Assembly: GCF_009914755.1 (NCBI RefSeq)
Contig: NC_060925.1
Direction: 5' to 3' (one strand)
Origin: the human T2T-CHM13v2.0 reference genome, Homo sapiens
DNA: 64,000 bases
Numbering within the stretch: the first letter of the stretch is position 1; every line of letters starts with the position of its first letter. Shown here one piece after another: positions 1-14,720 of the stretch. The notes under the pieces were generated by a model, which was not told the DNA's origin, made no database searches, and saw only the letters and a program-made list of their open reading frames with translations. Both the position numbers and the translations under genes were made by a program.

Positions 1-11
1 AGGTAGAAATA

Positions 12-236
12 TAAGTGACAATCCCTTATCCAAAACGCTTGGGACCAGAAGGACTTTAGATTTTTGATTTTGGAATGCTTCCATTATACTTACCAGTGGA
101 GCATCCCAAATCCAAAAATTTGAAGTCTGAAATGCTCCAATGAGCATGTTCTGTGAGCACCATGTTGTTACTCAAAAAGTTTTAGATTTTGAAGCATTTC
201 CTATTGCTGATTTTTGGATTTGGAATGTTCAACCTA
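12..236 (+). mobile_element. Tigger4a (Zombi/MER46)-like TcMar DNA transposon relic
   Basis: atcccttatccaaaacgcttgggaccagaag...gagcatcccaaatccaaaa...atgttcaacct-ta matches the Tigger4a consensus as recalled. Confidence 0.8.
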
Positions 237-244
237 TACCACTA

Positions 245-3200
245 TATGAATTTGTTTTGAAAATATAGGAGAAATACTTTTATTTTATATGGTCAGCACT
301 TTTCTGATCTCAAAACCAGACCAAAAATATTGCAAATAAAGACAACTACAGAATAAAATTACTTATGAACATGGACCAACAATATTCAACAAAAGATGTG
401 CAAACTGAAAATGAAATATATAAAAAACGTAATACATGATAATCAAATAATGTTTATCCTAGGAATACAAGGTTGCTTAACATTACAAAATTAATGAATG
501 TAGTTCATCTTATTGTCATAATGGGACAAAAACCATATCATCATTTCAATAAATGCAGAAAAGCCACTTGATAAAATTAACATCCATTACATATTATCAT
601 ATTGTACCATAATCATCTTCCAGTAAACTAAGAATAGAAAGGAACCTCCTCAATCTCATAAAAGGCTGATGATGACACATTTCTATGAATATACTAAAAA
701 CTACCAAATTTTACACTTTAAGTGTTTGAATTTTATGGTATGTGAATTATTAAACTGTTTTTTTTAAAAAACCTGTTGCTGACTTAGTATTTAACCTGAA
801 TGCTTTTGCCCTAAGATCAAGTAGACAAGGATGGTCACTCTCTCCACTTTTCAACATTCTATTGAAGACTCTTGCCAGTGCAGTAAGACGAGGAAGAAAA
901 ATAAGAGGCACATAGGTTAGAGAGCTACAAGTAAAACTGTCTTTATTCACAGATGACATGATCAAGCATGCAGCAAACAGCAAATCTTCATGAATCTACC
1001 AAAAACTAGTAGAACTAGTAAGTGATTTTAGTAAGATTTCAGGATGCAAAATTAATTGCATTTCTATATATTAGCAATAAACAGATGGAAATTTTAAAAA
1101 GGACAATATTATTTGCAATAGCATCTCAAAGCATGAAATACGTGAGTATGATGATTAATTTTGTGTATTAGCTTGACTGGGCTATAGGGTGCCCAGGTGT
1201 TTGGTTAAACATTACTTTTGGGTATGTCTATGAAAGTATTTCTAGATGAGATTAACATTTGAATGGGTAGACTGAGTAAAACAGGTTGCCTTCCCCAGTG
1301 TATATGGGCCTCATCTAATCCAATTCATTGGGAGCCTGAATAGAACAAAAAGCAGGGAAAGGGAGAATTTCCTCTCTCTGTTTTTAAGCTGGGACATTGG
1401 TCTCCTGCAGTCAGACTGGAACTTATACCATTGGCTCCTAGGTCTTTGGACTTGAACTGGAACGTATATCATCAGTTCTACTGATTCTCAAGCCTTTGGA
1501 CTTGGAGTAGAATTTACATTGTTGGTTCTTCTGGTTCTTAGGTGTAAGGACTTGAACTGGAAGTTCACCATCAGCTCTCCTGTGTTTCCAGCTTGCAGAT
1601 GGCAGATGGTCTGACTTCTCAGCCTCCATAATTACATTAGCCAATTCCATACATATATAGCCAATTTATATACATATATAGTTGGTTCTGCTCCTCTGGA
1701 GAACCCTGACCACTCCAAAGGGGTTAAATTAAATAAAGTATATGTTAAAACCCCTACCCTGAAAACTGGAAACATTTCTATGTGAAATTTAAGAATATGT
1801 AAATGTATTGATTTATGATGTTTATAGATTGGAAGACCTGAAATTGTTTGTGATTTCAGTTCCTCGAATTGATTTATAGATTTGATGACATTCCAATAAA
1901 AATCCAGATTTTCTTATAGAAATGTTCAAGCCATTTCTAAAACCTAAATGCTTAGAATAACCAAAACAATTTTGAGAAAGAACAAAGTTAGAACACTTAA
2001 ACTTACTGGCTTTAACACTTACTGTAAAGATACAGCAATCAAGTTGGTGTGTTATTGGCATAGTTTTGACACATAGATCAATTAAACACAATCGAGAACC
2101 CAGAAATAGACGAGCATGTGTATGGCCAATTGATTTCTGACAAAGATGCCAAGGTAATTCAATATGGAAAGGAATACCTTTTCAACAAATGGTCTTGAAC
2201 AACTTGTTATCCACATTTAAATAAATTAACATCAACCCTTACTTTATGGTACACAACTGGATAATCTTAAATGTAAATGCTAAAACTATACAACTTCTGG
2301 AAGAAACTTTATAACCTTCACGTAGGCAAAGATTTCTTAAACAGGACACAAAATAGCATAAACATAAAAAGTATAAAAAATTTATAAATTGGGCTACATC
2401 AAAATTTAAAACCCGTTTATAAGAAAATGCAAATGCAAAGGTAGACCTCAGACAGATAAAATATATATGTGTGTGTGTGTGTGTGTATACTATTTTATAT
2501 TATAAGGACTGATATCTAGAATATATAAAGAAGTCTTTCAACTCACTGATAGAACCAATTATAAAGTCAATAAAATGGACACATTTGAACAAACTTTACC
2601 AAAGAAGATACACAGATAGCCAATATATCCATGACTAGATGCTCAATATCATTCATCGTTAGGGAAATGAAAATTACAACCACAATGTGATATCACTACA
2701 CATCCGTTAGAACATTAGAGTGGCTAAAATTAAAAGGACCCCAAATACTAACTGTTGATGAGGATATGAAACCACTGAGATTTTCCTGCATACACCGCTT
2801 ATGGGAATATAAAATTGTACAACCACTTTGGAAAACAGTTTTGGCAGTTTCTTATAAAGTTAAACATAGATTTACCATAAGATTCAGCAATTCTACTCTT
2901 AGGTGTTTATCCAAGAGAAATGAAAGCATGTGTCCACAAAAAGAGTTGTACACAAGTGTTCTTTCACTTTATTTAAAGTAACCCAAACTGGAAACAACAC
3001 AAATGTCCATCAGCAGGTGAATGTATAAATAAAATGTTTAACAATGGAATACTACTTAGTACTGAAAAGGACAAACTATTTAAACATGTACCAACATAGA
3101 TGAATCTCAAAATAAATGTGGTAAGTGAAAGAAGACTGAAAAAAAAGTAGGTATTGTATGATATTCAATATAAACCTCTAGAAAAGAAAAACTTAACATA

Positions 3201-3405
3201 TATTTACAGAAAGCAGGTTCATGGTTGCCCGGGGCCAGTGATAGGGTGAGATCGGCTGGGAAGGGGCTTAAGAGAATGATCTTTTGAAGTAATGGAAATG
3301 TTCTAATCTTGACTTTAGCAGTGGTAACATGGGTGTATACTATTTGTCAAAAGTCATAGAATATACCCTTAACATGAGATATGTAAACTATCCCTCATTA
3401 AAATT
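245..3405 (+). mobile_element. Ancient L1M (L1MC/MD/ME-type) ORF2 and 3'UTR, decayed; interrupted by an MLT2 LTR and a short L1 3' tail (about 665-765)
   Basis: ORF2-like segments (e.g. aaattgtacaaccactttggaaaacag giving VQPLWKTV) and an L1M 3'UTR motif (atgggtgtatactatttgtcaaaagtcatag). Confidence 0.8.
1147..1717 (+). mobile_element. MLT2 (MLT2D/B-like) ERVL solo LTR
   Basis: Starts tatgatgattaattttgtgtattagcttgactgggc and ends ggttctgctcctctggagaaccctgac. Contains internal ggacttgaactggaa tandem units typical of MLT2. Confidence 0.8.
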
Positions 3406-4934
3406 GTGCTTGTATGTAGTAGTTGCTGTTTTTGAGGGGCAACATCTTGGAGTCAGTAAAGGGAAACATTATAAAGGTGTTGACAATTTCTCCATAGTAT
3501 AAAGCCTGTTCCATATTGGGCACTGTGTCAGGCATTCCTGTGACTCTTGGCTGTAATACAAAGCAACTTCCCACTTAAATACTGGCTAAGACCAAGAGCC
3601 AGGGTTCCCTCCTAGAAGTCCCAAGCTGGACCCAGAGGAAGGTGCTAACATGGTGTGTTTCGGCCACAGGTCTCTTTCAGAGGACCACAAAACTCACTAC
3701 CTCCCCTCTCTGAGATAATGGAGTGAGTGTGTTAGGTTGGCTCAGTGGCTCAGACTAAAGCGTCAGGGACTCTTATATTTAAAATTGATGTCACTGCTAA
3801 TGTACTGCTTGAATGTATCTAAGCCCCTGCCTTTCTATTTCAATTTCCTCTGTGGTTACAGGAAACCAACTATGACAGTCCATTATACATGGAAGGCTAG
3901 TGTTGCCAGATTTTAATTTGGAGAGTACAGAACATAATTTTGACTAATTGGTCCAGTAGGAACTAGAGTAGAATCTAAACAACTCTGGAGGTCTGTGGCA
4001 ATGAAACAGGGAAGGAGGGAGAGATTTAATCAACCTTCACCCAGGCAGGCTGTTGACAGATTTCTAGGCTGACTTAATCAATGTACTTATTTCTCAGGTA
4101 AGACCTCAAAACTATTTGGATCTAATTTCACTATACTTCATCCTGTTCATGATATTATGCTTTCAAAGTAACAAGCCTCGAATTCCTTTTAAGGGCACAC
4201 AAAAGAGTAAAACACACTTTCTTTTTGTCCCGTCTGAAGTGGACAAATGGAGTGGGTGCATAGAAGTTGTAACTCTGAGTCCACTTAAGTTTTGCGAGTG
4301 TATAAGTCATTTTTCAGTACACAATGAAGTTAACAATTAATATCTTTGTGGTATCCAGAAACAATGTCAACCAAAATTGGAGCAATGAACCTGAGAATTG
4401 AATTCACTTGAGCTATAAATCATAAACCCATCAATCTCTAGAGCAGAAGCAAAAGTGAAGTCATTGAATATTATAATAGATTCCATATGTTGTTTTAAAG
4501 AAGGCTTAAAAATAACTAGACTTACAGGTTACCATATTTCTGTGGCAAAAATTTACATATGTGAATAAGAAGTGAAATAACTGACTGTCCAATTTTTGCT
4601 TCTGTTTTCTGCCACTTCTTTTTAGTAGTGGAATAATTATTTAGCTCTTGAAGGGCAGGGCAGAAGAAGTGTGATAGGCACTAGAGAATGTGGAGGAGCT
4701 GATAAAATAGAATATGAAGGGAGGTAGAAGAAAAAGACTCTCAGCTTTGGTAGAAAAGGTAGCACAGATAAGGAAGCACAATTTCAGATAACCCTCTTGG
4801 CCTTTCCCCTGCTACCTTATTACAGAGAGTTAGTGTTTCTCCTTAAGCATTAAAGTTACAAAGCCAAATAGTAACATGGCCACAATTCTGTGAAAATTTT
4901 GAAAGGCCATGACAAAATGAAAATGAAAGCTTTG

Positions 4935-5070
4935 TTCTAAGTCAGACAGATCTGTTTTCAAATTTGGACCCTGCTCTGTGACCTTGGGCAATTCACTTAA
5001 TTTCTCTGAGCTTCAGTTTCATCTGGATGGGGAATTAATACTTACCTCAAAGAGCTCTCAGTGTAATACA
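4935..5070 (+). mobile_element. MIR SINE
   Basis: Core tgtgaccttgggcaattcacttaatttctctgagcttcagtttc. Confidence 0.75.
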
Positions 5071-8000
5071 CTTGTGTATTTCTCTCTTCTAACACCTATC
5101 CTGTCAGTTTGAAATATAATCTATCATTTTGAAATGTATCTCTTTCTTCTCATATGATTGTAGACTTCCCAGGAATTGAGATTAAGAACTCCCAGCTCAA
5201 GGGCCAATTAGTGGAGAACACAGGCTTAACTTATCTTTGTTTCGCCCTGCCCCATACACACCTCGCACAATAATTAGGCTATAGCTACGTAAAACTTTAG
5301 GGACTTCTTCCTTCCTGTGACAGCATGGTGCTAGGTGAGATTTAAGGAAACTACACGTCATGTCCCTGCAAATTTGCCATCTTGTTATAGTCAGTCAGAT
5401 TGGCCCACTAACCCTCCAGCTAGAAAGTCAGGAATGCTAAATCTTATATTTGCATGATTGCTGTTGTGCTAAGGTGTCAGAACGCAAGATACAATCTTAG
5501 TTCAAGTTTACACTTTGGTTTATGGGAAATAGCAAGGTCAATCTGTGGCAATGAAAAAAATGGAAAGTCCTGTAAAAGTTTAAGGAGGGAAGAATAAAAG
5601 GAAGAGAAAAGAAACTGTCACCCAGTTGGAATGAAATGGTAACATGGAATGAAATGATCCTCTTTCCCCCCAGACAGATGTTGGCATGGATTTCATATGG
5701 ACTCTGAAACTAAAGCCGACACCCAACCGAGTGCTCAAGCCCTACATTCCATCCACCCCTCATTTGTTAGTATCAAAATTGAGGCATTTCACAAACTTGG
5801 CTATCGAATACTGTATGTGTGTGGAAAAGGGCCAGATAAAATGGGCCAATTAGAACACAGCCACATCTGTCAAAACTCTAACCCTTAACCTTAGTGAAAA
5901 TATAATCTAGGATCAAACACAGAAGCCCCGCAGATGTACACAAGTCATTTAATGCAGCCCTTGGAAAGACTGTGATGAACAGCTGGTGCTATTGTGAAGG
6001 CCTGATGAGAAAGCCAGGCTTGGTTTTGCTACGAATATTTGCAATTTTAAAGAAAAAAAATAGGTTCTAATTGAGTAACCATTGAATGTATCCCAGTAAG
6101 GTCCTTCCCATAGGCTGAGTTGAAAATACTCTGACTCCGTTGCTATGCAAAGCAGTTTCTAAACATGTTTTGAAAATCCGTTTGAAATTTGAGAGTAGAA
6201 TTTGGTTCTCAAAGCCTTCATTTAGGCTTAAAACCTTTTGGTTCACTCTAAAATAATGCGAGGGTTTCATCCTTAATGGACTATCGAGGTTAAATTCAAC
6301 AGCTGCTTCTCCTCTGATATATATTTATGAATGCAGGATGCATTCTATATGGTACAGTACACCCTCACAGAGCTCTGAGTAAGAGGAAAAAAACATGGAA
6401 ACAAATTTTTTTTTAATGTTGGAGTGTCCTTACGGGGTTTGCTAAAGGACAAATGGGGCTCTCATTAAAAATAGGGATTGTATCTTCTTGAGTATACATG
6501 GATCGTGACCAACACAACAGTTTTTACTGAATTTACTGATAAAAATGTCACTATGTTATGTCAAGCTCAAGTCTTTGGGAGGGTTTTTCAGGATTCTGAA
6601 AGATATGGCTTTGACTTTGTATTCGCTTTTGGGCACCAGGTCATCAGGGAAAAGTCACAAGATCTATGCAAAAGGCAGCGTCAGGAAGCAGCATCTCTAG
6701 TGGTTTCCCCTTGGTTTCATTGTCCCTGTGTTCCTGTGTTCATCTGGGTTATTGAGTCTTTGATCCCACATGGGAAAGGTTTGCCATGTTGAGCCAGTAG
6801 TAGTATAACTCATTCTAACTAAGGCACATAGCTTCTGCCCTCTCCCCTGCTGGATGAGTATTGGACCAATTCCTTTGTCCTTAGCACCACTTACAAGGAT
6901 TTATTTCCATTCCAGAGGATTTATTCCCATTCAGAGAAGGAACAACATAGTTAGATAGGAATAAAAATGCTACTCTGTGTATAAAGCTTCTTGCACCTAG
7001 CTAATCTAGCAAACTGGTGTTTTGGTCTTCAACACTAACTAGATCATTATTATGTGACACTAATTAAAGAGTCTTCTGTAATGGGATAAGGTGTTATCTG
7101 ATCAAATGAAGGAGGAATGATATTTGGCAGTATATGGTATATGTGAAAATCATGGTGTTCTTGCTACTTAGAGACTGTGAGAAGGGATAAGGATTGGCTT
7201 AGAGCCAGCTCACTCTACATGCTCTCCCAGAAGTGTTTTCTTGAAAGAGTTTTTCCCCATTGGGACCTTCCATTTTCCTCTGGCTTAGTAAAGTGACTGT
7301 AATTAAATAGATTCAATTTCTGTTTATGGTGAAGTAAAAGATTGAGAACAGATTGCTCTTTAACCTGAAATGTGGAAGGGCTAGTCGATTCGGAAGCTAG
7401 TTAAAATGATTTTGTGTATTAACTGGTAAACTCAACAGATTTTTTCCCCTGTGAATCTAACATTTCTAGATCTTTGCATTCCTCCCGTGAGAAGTCCACC
7501 TCTGAATCCTTTCGAGAGCTCAGATTCCTAGGAACTCAGATTTTTGAACATCTACATGATGTTATTTTGTAAGTGGAACACTGACTATTAAAGGATAGCA
7601 GTGGAGTGGAGTGGTGAGGGCACAGCTCTGGGTCAGGATAACTGGAGAGAAACCCTAAGGCTTATTCCATAATCTCTCTTGATTTGAGCTTCTGAGGATA
7701 AACTGAGGCTTGTAACATGCTAGCCCAGTATCTGGTGTAGTAAATATTGAATGCACTGTGGTGGAGAGGGTTGTGTTGTCAATGTTGCTGTTGTTATTGT
7801 TGAGACCTAAAGGATTGCTATGATCTAAATCAGCTTAATTTCCTTCAACTTGATAAAAATTAGCCTGTGACTATTGAACTGGATGATGCTCTCCTAATGG
7901 TTTTTGCATTTTGCCTTCATTCAGCCAGTTAAAGCTGGTGTTTACAGAATTGTGAAACATTTGAGCCTGGGACAGTCATGTGATTTACAGTTTTGTCTTG

Positions 8001-9654
8001 TTTCATGCTTTCCAGCAACATAATTACTGAACTTTTTATCGTAATAAAAATATAGGCAATAAAAAAGGCAGTCCCCTGGAATTCCCTCTATCTCTCTTAG
8101 AATGCTAAAGGATATTTTTTTGTGATCTCAGCTCTGTTCTGTTAAGTATCCTCTCCCTCCCCCACGTCTGTCTTTGCAGATTTGTGACCAGACGGCTGCA
8201 CTGAATGGAGACTAGGAAGGGAGCCCAACTGTTTTCCTTGTGTTGGCTCTCTGTGCCGAGCAGGGATTGTTGAGCAAAGCAGGGATTGCTGAGCAGCGTT
8301 TCTCCAGGGAGGGTCACAGGGTAGTACAAACCCACTCTGGATTTTTCTTTTTTTTTTTAATTATTAAAAACTTTGGCCAAATACTATCAGTAAGGGGGAG
8401 AAAGTATGTGGTTTGAAGACCAGTTGGACCAGTCTTTTAAAATATCAACTGGAATAAAGCAAGAATGCCTTACACTTCTTTAATTTTCTACATTTAACAG
8501 GAGACAGTTGCTCCCAGAGTCACTTCTAACTCCACAGACAGTATGGTGCAACCTTGCTCAGCATTTGGAGACACTATATAATTAAAATTCCTTTGAAAAT
8601 GGTTGCCCAATGATTGACATTTATTCCAAAATACATTATCATGTTGAATGCTTAATTCCTTCTTCCAGTACATTTTCTTTAATAAAAAAGTAAAAATCTA
8701 TTTTTTAAAAGGGTGATGGAGTTTTGTAAAAAATTGAAGCAGTGTAACAAACTTATGTCTAATCTTGCTCTTAAAGAGCTGGCAGGCTAGCAGGGGAGAC
8801 CAGAGTAAGTTATGGAAAGCAAAAAAAGCAATACTCAGGATATAACTGAGTTGCCTTATATAGATAGACTTGAAATGCTGCTGAGATTCCAAAGAGGAAG
8901 AGATAATAGGAAGCTGTTGCTCTCTTACCTCCTAGTACATTGACTCATACCTCCACTTCAAACACAAGCAACATTTAGTATTACTACGAAATTATCTAAT
9001 GGGCTTCCTTTCTCAGGGCAGTAGGAATCTGTCTCTCTGCTGTGGCTTTCTGGAGTCCTTCCCTTCTGATGTCTGTCTGTGCCCCAGTTTCCATTTTCAT
9101 ATGGTCATCTTTGATTCTGGATAGCTGCTTCTCTCTGTGTTCTCAGAAGAAATAGACTAGTGAGATCACTGTCATGCCCCCTCCACAATTAGGAGGCTGT
9201 ATCTTGAGACCTTCTTGGATCCCACAATTTGTAGATATCACAATAGCAATCATGGTTAGAGAAGTCTACCACCAAACCAGGAGTTAGATGCTAAGGATGG
9301 GTGAGCATGTCCAAATAGCAGCTTTAAAAAGCCTCAGCACACTTACAATAGACTACATGTCAGAGTTTTGGGTTATCTCTGAATAGTCAAAACCCCGATA
9401 TTATATACATGTATGTAAAGAGGCTATTTTAATATCATACTGTTTGTTTGACTTTTGAGTAGTGAATGCATAATATGGGAATAAGTACAATACGTGAGTG
9501 AAACACCGAAATCACCTTTCACTGTTTTGTTTAGTAGTTTGGAGCCTTCAGTTCTTCTGGAAAAATAATTCAATGCACATTAGTTTTGCTTTCTACATTT
9601 GAGGGAGGTGAATGCTTTACTTTTGTAACTGTAAGAGGTCTCAGCAGTCTTGTA

Positions 9655-9790
9655 GCCTATTCATATTAAAGATAAGGACACTGAGGCCAAGAAAGGTGAA
9701 ATGGCTTGCTTAATGGTTACACAGAGAATTAACCGTAGCTTCATGATTTTAACTCAGGTCTTGTGACTAGAATTTCAGTGCACTTTGCAT
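9655..9790 (-). mobile_element. MIR SINE
   Basis: agataaggacactgaggccaagaaaggtgaaatggcttgcttaatggttacacag is the MIR core antisense. Confidence 0.7.
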
Positions 9791-10749
9791 TAGGCAATTC
9801 TGAACCTTTGAGTAAAACTAAAATGCAAAGACTGCTCTTGATAGCATTCTAGGTGGAAGAGTTGAAGATAGTAGGATATAAAGATAAACAAACCTATCTT
9901 ATCTGGACAGGACCTCAGCTCATTAGGAAGAGGAATGAGGAAGAGAGAATGTAGGAGGAAAGAAATGGCAGAAAGACAAATAATCATGGGAAGGGACTGG
10001 AACAGGGTAAATGCCAGACATTTTCAAGATTAGAAGAAATCTGAGTTGAGTTTGAAAAATTGAAAGATTTCTTCAGGTAGAAGCAAAAGGAAAATAAGCA
10101 GAAATATTATCACATATAATGGAGTCTGCAGAGGAAGAAGAAAAGCATGACCCTAATAGATAAAGATAAGAAGCACCAAATCATTTCAATAAGTTTCTGA
10201 ATTTTAAACACTTTCTTTTCCTTCCAAACACATTTAAAGAGGAGGAGGAGGAGAAAAAAATAACGATTTGTGAGGGATGTCTCATATGCTATTTATTATA
10301 AGAAGGAAAGTAAAATTCAATAAATTACAAAATGATGTATCAAACAAAGTTCAGCATGGAGGTTAATAAAATAAATACAGACTTGAGTGGAGTTGTGTCC
10401 TAGCACTTACTTTTAAAGCCGTGTTTCAAAAAAAGGGCATCCATGGAAGTGATGGATAATTTTTATCTGATAGCAAGAACAGACACTAATAATGGCAAGT
10501 TATTGTGTTCTTAGATTGTTATTTTAATACTTAACGTTTTCAAGATTAGCCTCTGAGAAGCTGCTCATTTACTTTTGGTGCATAATGATCACTTAGGGTA
10601 TGAAGCCATCAGCTGCGCCCTTTGTTATGACCATGGAAAATGTTATGACCTCCTGTCAATGATTATTTTGGAAGGAATAGAAGAAATAAGTTATGATTAC
10701 ATATTATAGATATTATAAGCATAGTGTTAGTAAATATTTTAAAAAGAAG

Positions 10750-10881
10750 ACTAGGCACAGTGGCTCATGCCTGTAATCTTAGTACTTTGGGAGACTGAGG
10801 CAGGAGGATCACTTGAGCCCAGGTGAGACCAGCCTGGGCAACATAGTGAGATTCTATCTCTACAAAAAAAAAAAAAAAAAA
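10750..10881 (+). mobile_element. Alu left monomer (FLAM_C-like)
   Basis: Single Alu arm followed by poly(A). Confidence 0.85.
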
Positions 10882-11419
10882 TCTTTCCATGGCTTTCTCA
10901 TCTGCAGATTGTTTCTCAGTGTCAAGCAAGCACATCTTTCTTCCATCCCACCTGTCTTCCCTGTTTTAATTTTATTTCTGTGCTTCATAAGGTTGAGGCA
11001 GTATGCAATCACAATCCTTTTACAATTACAAAAAAATTCCCAAACAATTTTCTTTTTTAATTTTTGAGAAAAATTTTGCTTTTATGCTCTCTGATCAGAT
11101 TTGCCTTTATATACATACAGGTTCCTTTTTTCACCCCACTCCCAACTTAAGGCTGATTTTACCATCCAGTTGTTTAAACAAAATTCTGTTTTGGGTATCA
11201 GGTGTTTTAAATTAAAAATTCTTCAAAATTGATTTCCAAAGGAGTCCGTGAGGCTTACGATATTTTAGACCAATTCTTAACTAGAACAGAAAATTTTGCC
11301 TTTTAGGTTTACAGTGATTTCATATTATCTGATGATTCTGTTGAAGGGGCCCATTATTTATGGTATTTGCCTGGAGGTTGTCTTGTAAGCCTTGACTATG
11401 TGTTTTAAGAAAGAAGGCA

Positions 11420-11761
<342 letters not shown>

Positions 11762-11887
11762 TCAGAGGTAGTGGAAAGTATACATATGCCTCCTATTTTA
11801 ATTTTAACAAAAAAATGACTCTGTCACATAGACTTCTAGCTCTTTTTAGGGGAATAGGTAGGAAACCTATAATGCATGAATTGTTTA

Positions 11888-12433
<546 letters not shown>

Positions 12434-12679
12434 GTCAGAAGTTGAGATGTCAGTAAAAAGGAAAAGGAATGATCCATTCCCTGTGATGTTTTCCTACCTC
12501 TATGCCATCCTTACCTATGTACTCATCAGGTGTGACCATCTCTCAAGGGGGCACCATTGTGCCAGTGAGCTGAGACACAGACACTGGCTCTAGTCTATGG
12601 AGGAAGGAGCATGAGAAGGAGGTTGCATTCTACCAGCGGCGGGAGAGTAGGATGGAGCTGAAGGCTTTCTGAACTGATC

Positions 12680-12870
12680 TAGGAGAGAGAGCATGAACTT
12701 GGGAACTCTGCAACTTTCTAGCAGTGTAGTAAAGTTATTTAACCTCTCTGAATCTTATTTTTTCATTGCCGTAAAATGGTGATATCTACCTCTCAGGGTT
12801 ACTGTGTGGATTACAGATAATGTGGAAAATGCCTAGCACTGTGGCTGGTATGCAGTGGAAGCTCAAGATA
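12680..12870 (+). mobile_element. MIR SINE
   Basis: aagttatttaacctctctgaatctta...gtaaaatggtgata...gcctagcactgtggctgg. Confidence 0.7.
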
Positions 12871-13070
12871 TATTGTACATATGGTCATTTTTGTAAGTGC
12901 GGAGATACACTGAGGATGAGTGAAAAAGACTTCAAGTCTCAGATAGGGTGGAGGATCTCAGAATGCTTGAAGAGCCTTGTAAGAACTGGCTGCCTCTCTT
13001 GAGTCCCTCCTTAGTTCCTGAGTGCTTTGGAATCGTTTAAAACTCACAATTGCATCTTCTTCCCAAACAG

Positions 13071-13189
13071 GGTGAGGAGCAATCTGTGGGAAGTCAGTGC
13101 ACAGTAGAGTTCAGTCTTCCAACGCTGAAAATTTGCCAACTTTCACCCACACTGTGGAGATGAGAAAGCAGCTGTGGGCAGACAGTAGA
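13071..13189 (+). other. Candidate alternative 5'UTR exon (119 nt)
   Basis: Acceptor catcttcttcccaaacag|G with ctcac branch-like motif about 25 nt upstream; donor AGA|gtaagc; unique non-repeat sequence. Confidence 0.4.
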
Positions 13190-14104
13190 GTAAGCTGTGG
13201 GGTCTCTGGAACATGTTACGCTTACGGATGTTCCATTGTTCCCATGAGATTTTGTACTTTGTCTGTTTTATCCAGGTTTGTTTCCATAATATACGAAGGA
13301 GACAGCCAAAACCATTTTATGTAGTTTTCCTACTTTGTTTTGATTTATTTGTTATTGTTTACAGTATTATCTCCAATAACAACAATGGAATTTCCTTTCC
13401 TACTAATCTGGCCTGTTTCCATTTTGCCTGTTTATTTTAATTTCCTTTTTTTGGACTGAAATCTCTACATGACTCTGATTTGTTTATTTCCTTGTGTGTA
13501 TGTGTCAGCATCATTTATTAGTGTGTCCACTCAGAGGAACTTTGTTCATTAATTATGTAGGTTTTGTTTCCTGGTTCCTAATGGGAGGGTATTAAGTGCT
13601 CTATGTTTCTAAGTACTTCACGATGGTTTTGGTTATCAGTTTCTTCATCACTGCTCTCTGCAAGTAGATGGGCTTACTCTCCATGGCTTACAGATGGAGC
13701 ATGGGAAGCCCCAGAGCAGAGAAGTAACTCCTCTGCAGATGATGATTTTCTTAAATCCGCTGACCCGTCACGCCTGCCACTCGTATAGATTTCAATTTCC
13801 ACTTACTTTTATTTGGGTAGTGGGTTAAGTGAGCATAAGACCTGTGTTTTGCAGACGTGATTCCTTGAAGACATTTCCATGAAAACCAGCCTGTTGTTAA
13901 CGAATGAGCAATATCGTCTTGCATTATAAGCTGCTTGGGGGGTGTGTGATGAATGTTAGACTTATCCCTTTTTTGTGAAGAACTTACAGCCCACTAAGTC
14001 AATAAAAAAGTTAAAAGGAAGAGGTAACCTGACTTTTACATCTGTTACTTGAATATATAAGATCTGCTGCCTCCTTTTCAATGGATTGTCATGATTTACT
14101 AAAT

Positions 14105-14720
14105 GATTGAATTAATGATTCATAAAACATTTATTTAGTACTTACTCTGTGTGTGATACTATCTCTAGTCTCAAGATGCTTATAAGACTAGAAGGCGAAA
14201 ATAGAATTGAAAGCAAATAAATATAATAAAATGTTACAGGTGACATGATAGAAGTTTGTCTAGAGTACATAGAATAACAAAGGAGGGAGGCCTGTATTCT
14301 CTTGGGATGGGGATTGGAGAGAAGGTGTCACAAACAAAGGCTATAGGCACCAGATGTATCTGGGGTCCATAGATACTTTCAAATGGCTGAAACAGTGGCT
14401 GAGGAGGCAGCAGTGCATGCATGAGGTGGGAGAAGGGAGGTGGAGAAAGCCAGACACAAAGATCCTTGGATGCTGTGTGAAGGAATTTGGGTTTTATTCT
14501 TTAGGAAAAGTTTTAGGTAGTTGGAACATCAGTAACAGTTTTGCTTTTTAGAAAAATTACACCAAGAATAGACTCAAGGAGACTTGAATGGAGGCAAGGA
14601 GACTCTTCTGATAATATGGGGCTGAGCCAGGCAAGATATGATGAGATTCTGAGCAAGCCAGTGGTGGATGGAAAGATGTCAAAGAAGTAGACCTTGTAAA
14701 ATTGGTATCAATTTTTAAAT
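14105..14720 (-). mobile_element. L2 LINE 3' fragment
   Basis: attcataaaacatttatttagtacttactctgtgtg and aggaatttgggttttattct motifs. Confidence 0.65.

Noticed and set aside
1410-1600. Degenerate ~45-bp tandem array (ggacttgaactggaa units)
   Set aside because: Internal repeat of the MLT2 LTR, not an independent array.
5433-5455. Octamer ATTTGCAT and other isolated TF motifs (e.g. AP-1 TGACTCA at 8942-8948)
   Set aside because: Single 7-8 bp motifs are expected by chance in 64 kb and cannot be supported without chromatin data.
13738-13765. Box C (atgatga) and box D (ctga) motifs suggesting a snoRNA
   Set aside because: The boxes are only about 20 nt apart with no terminal stem.
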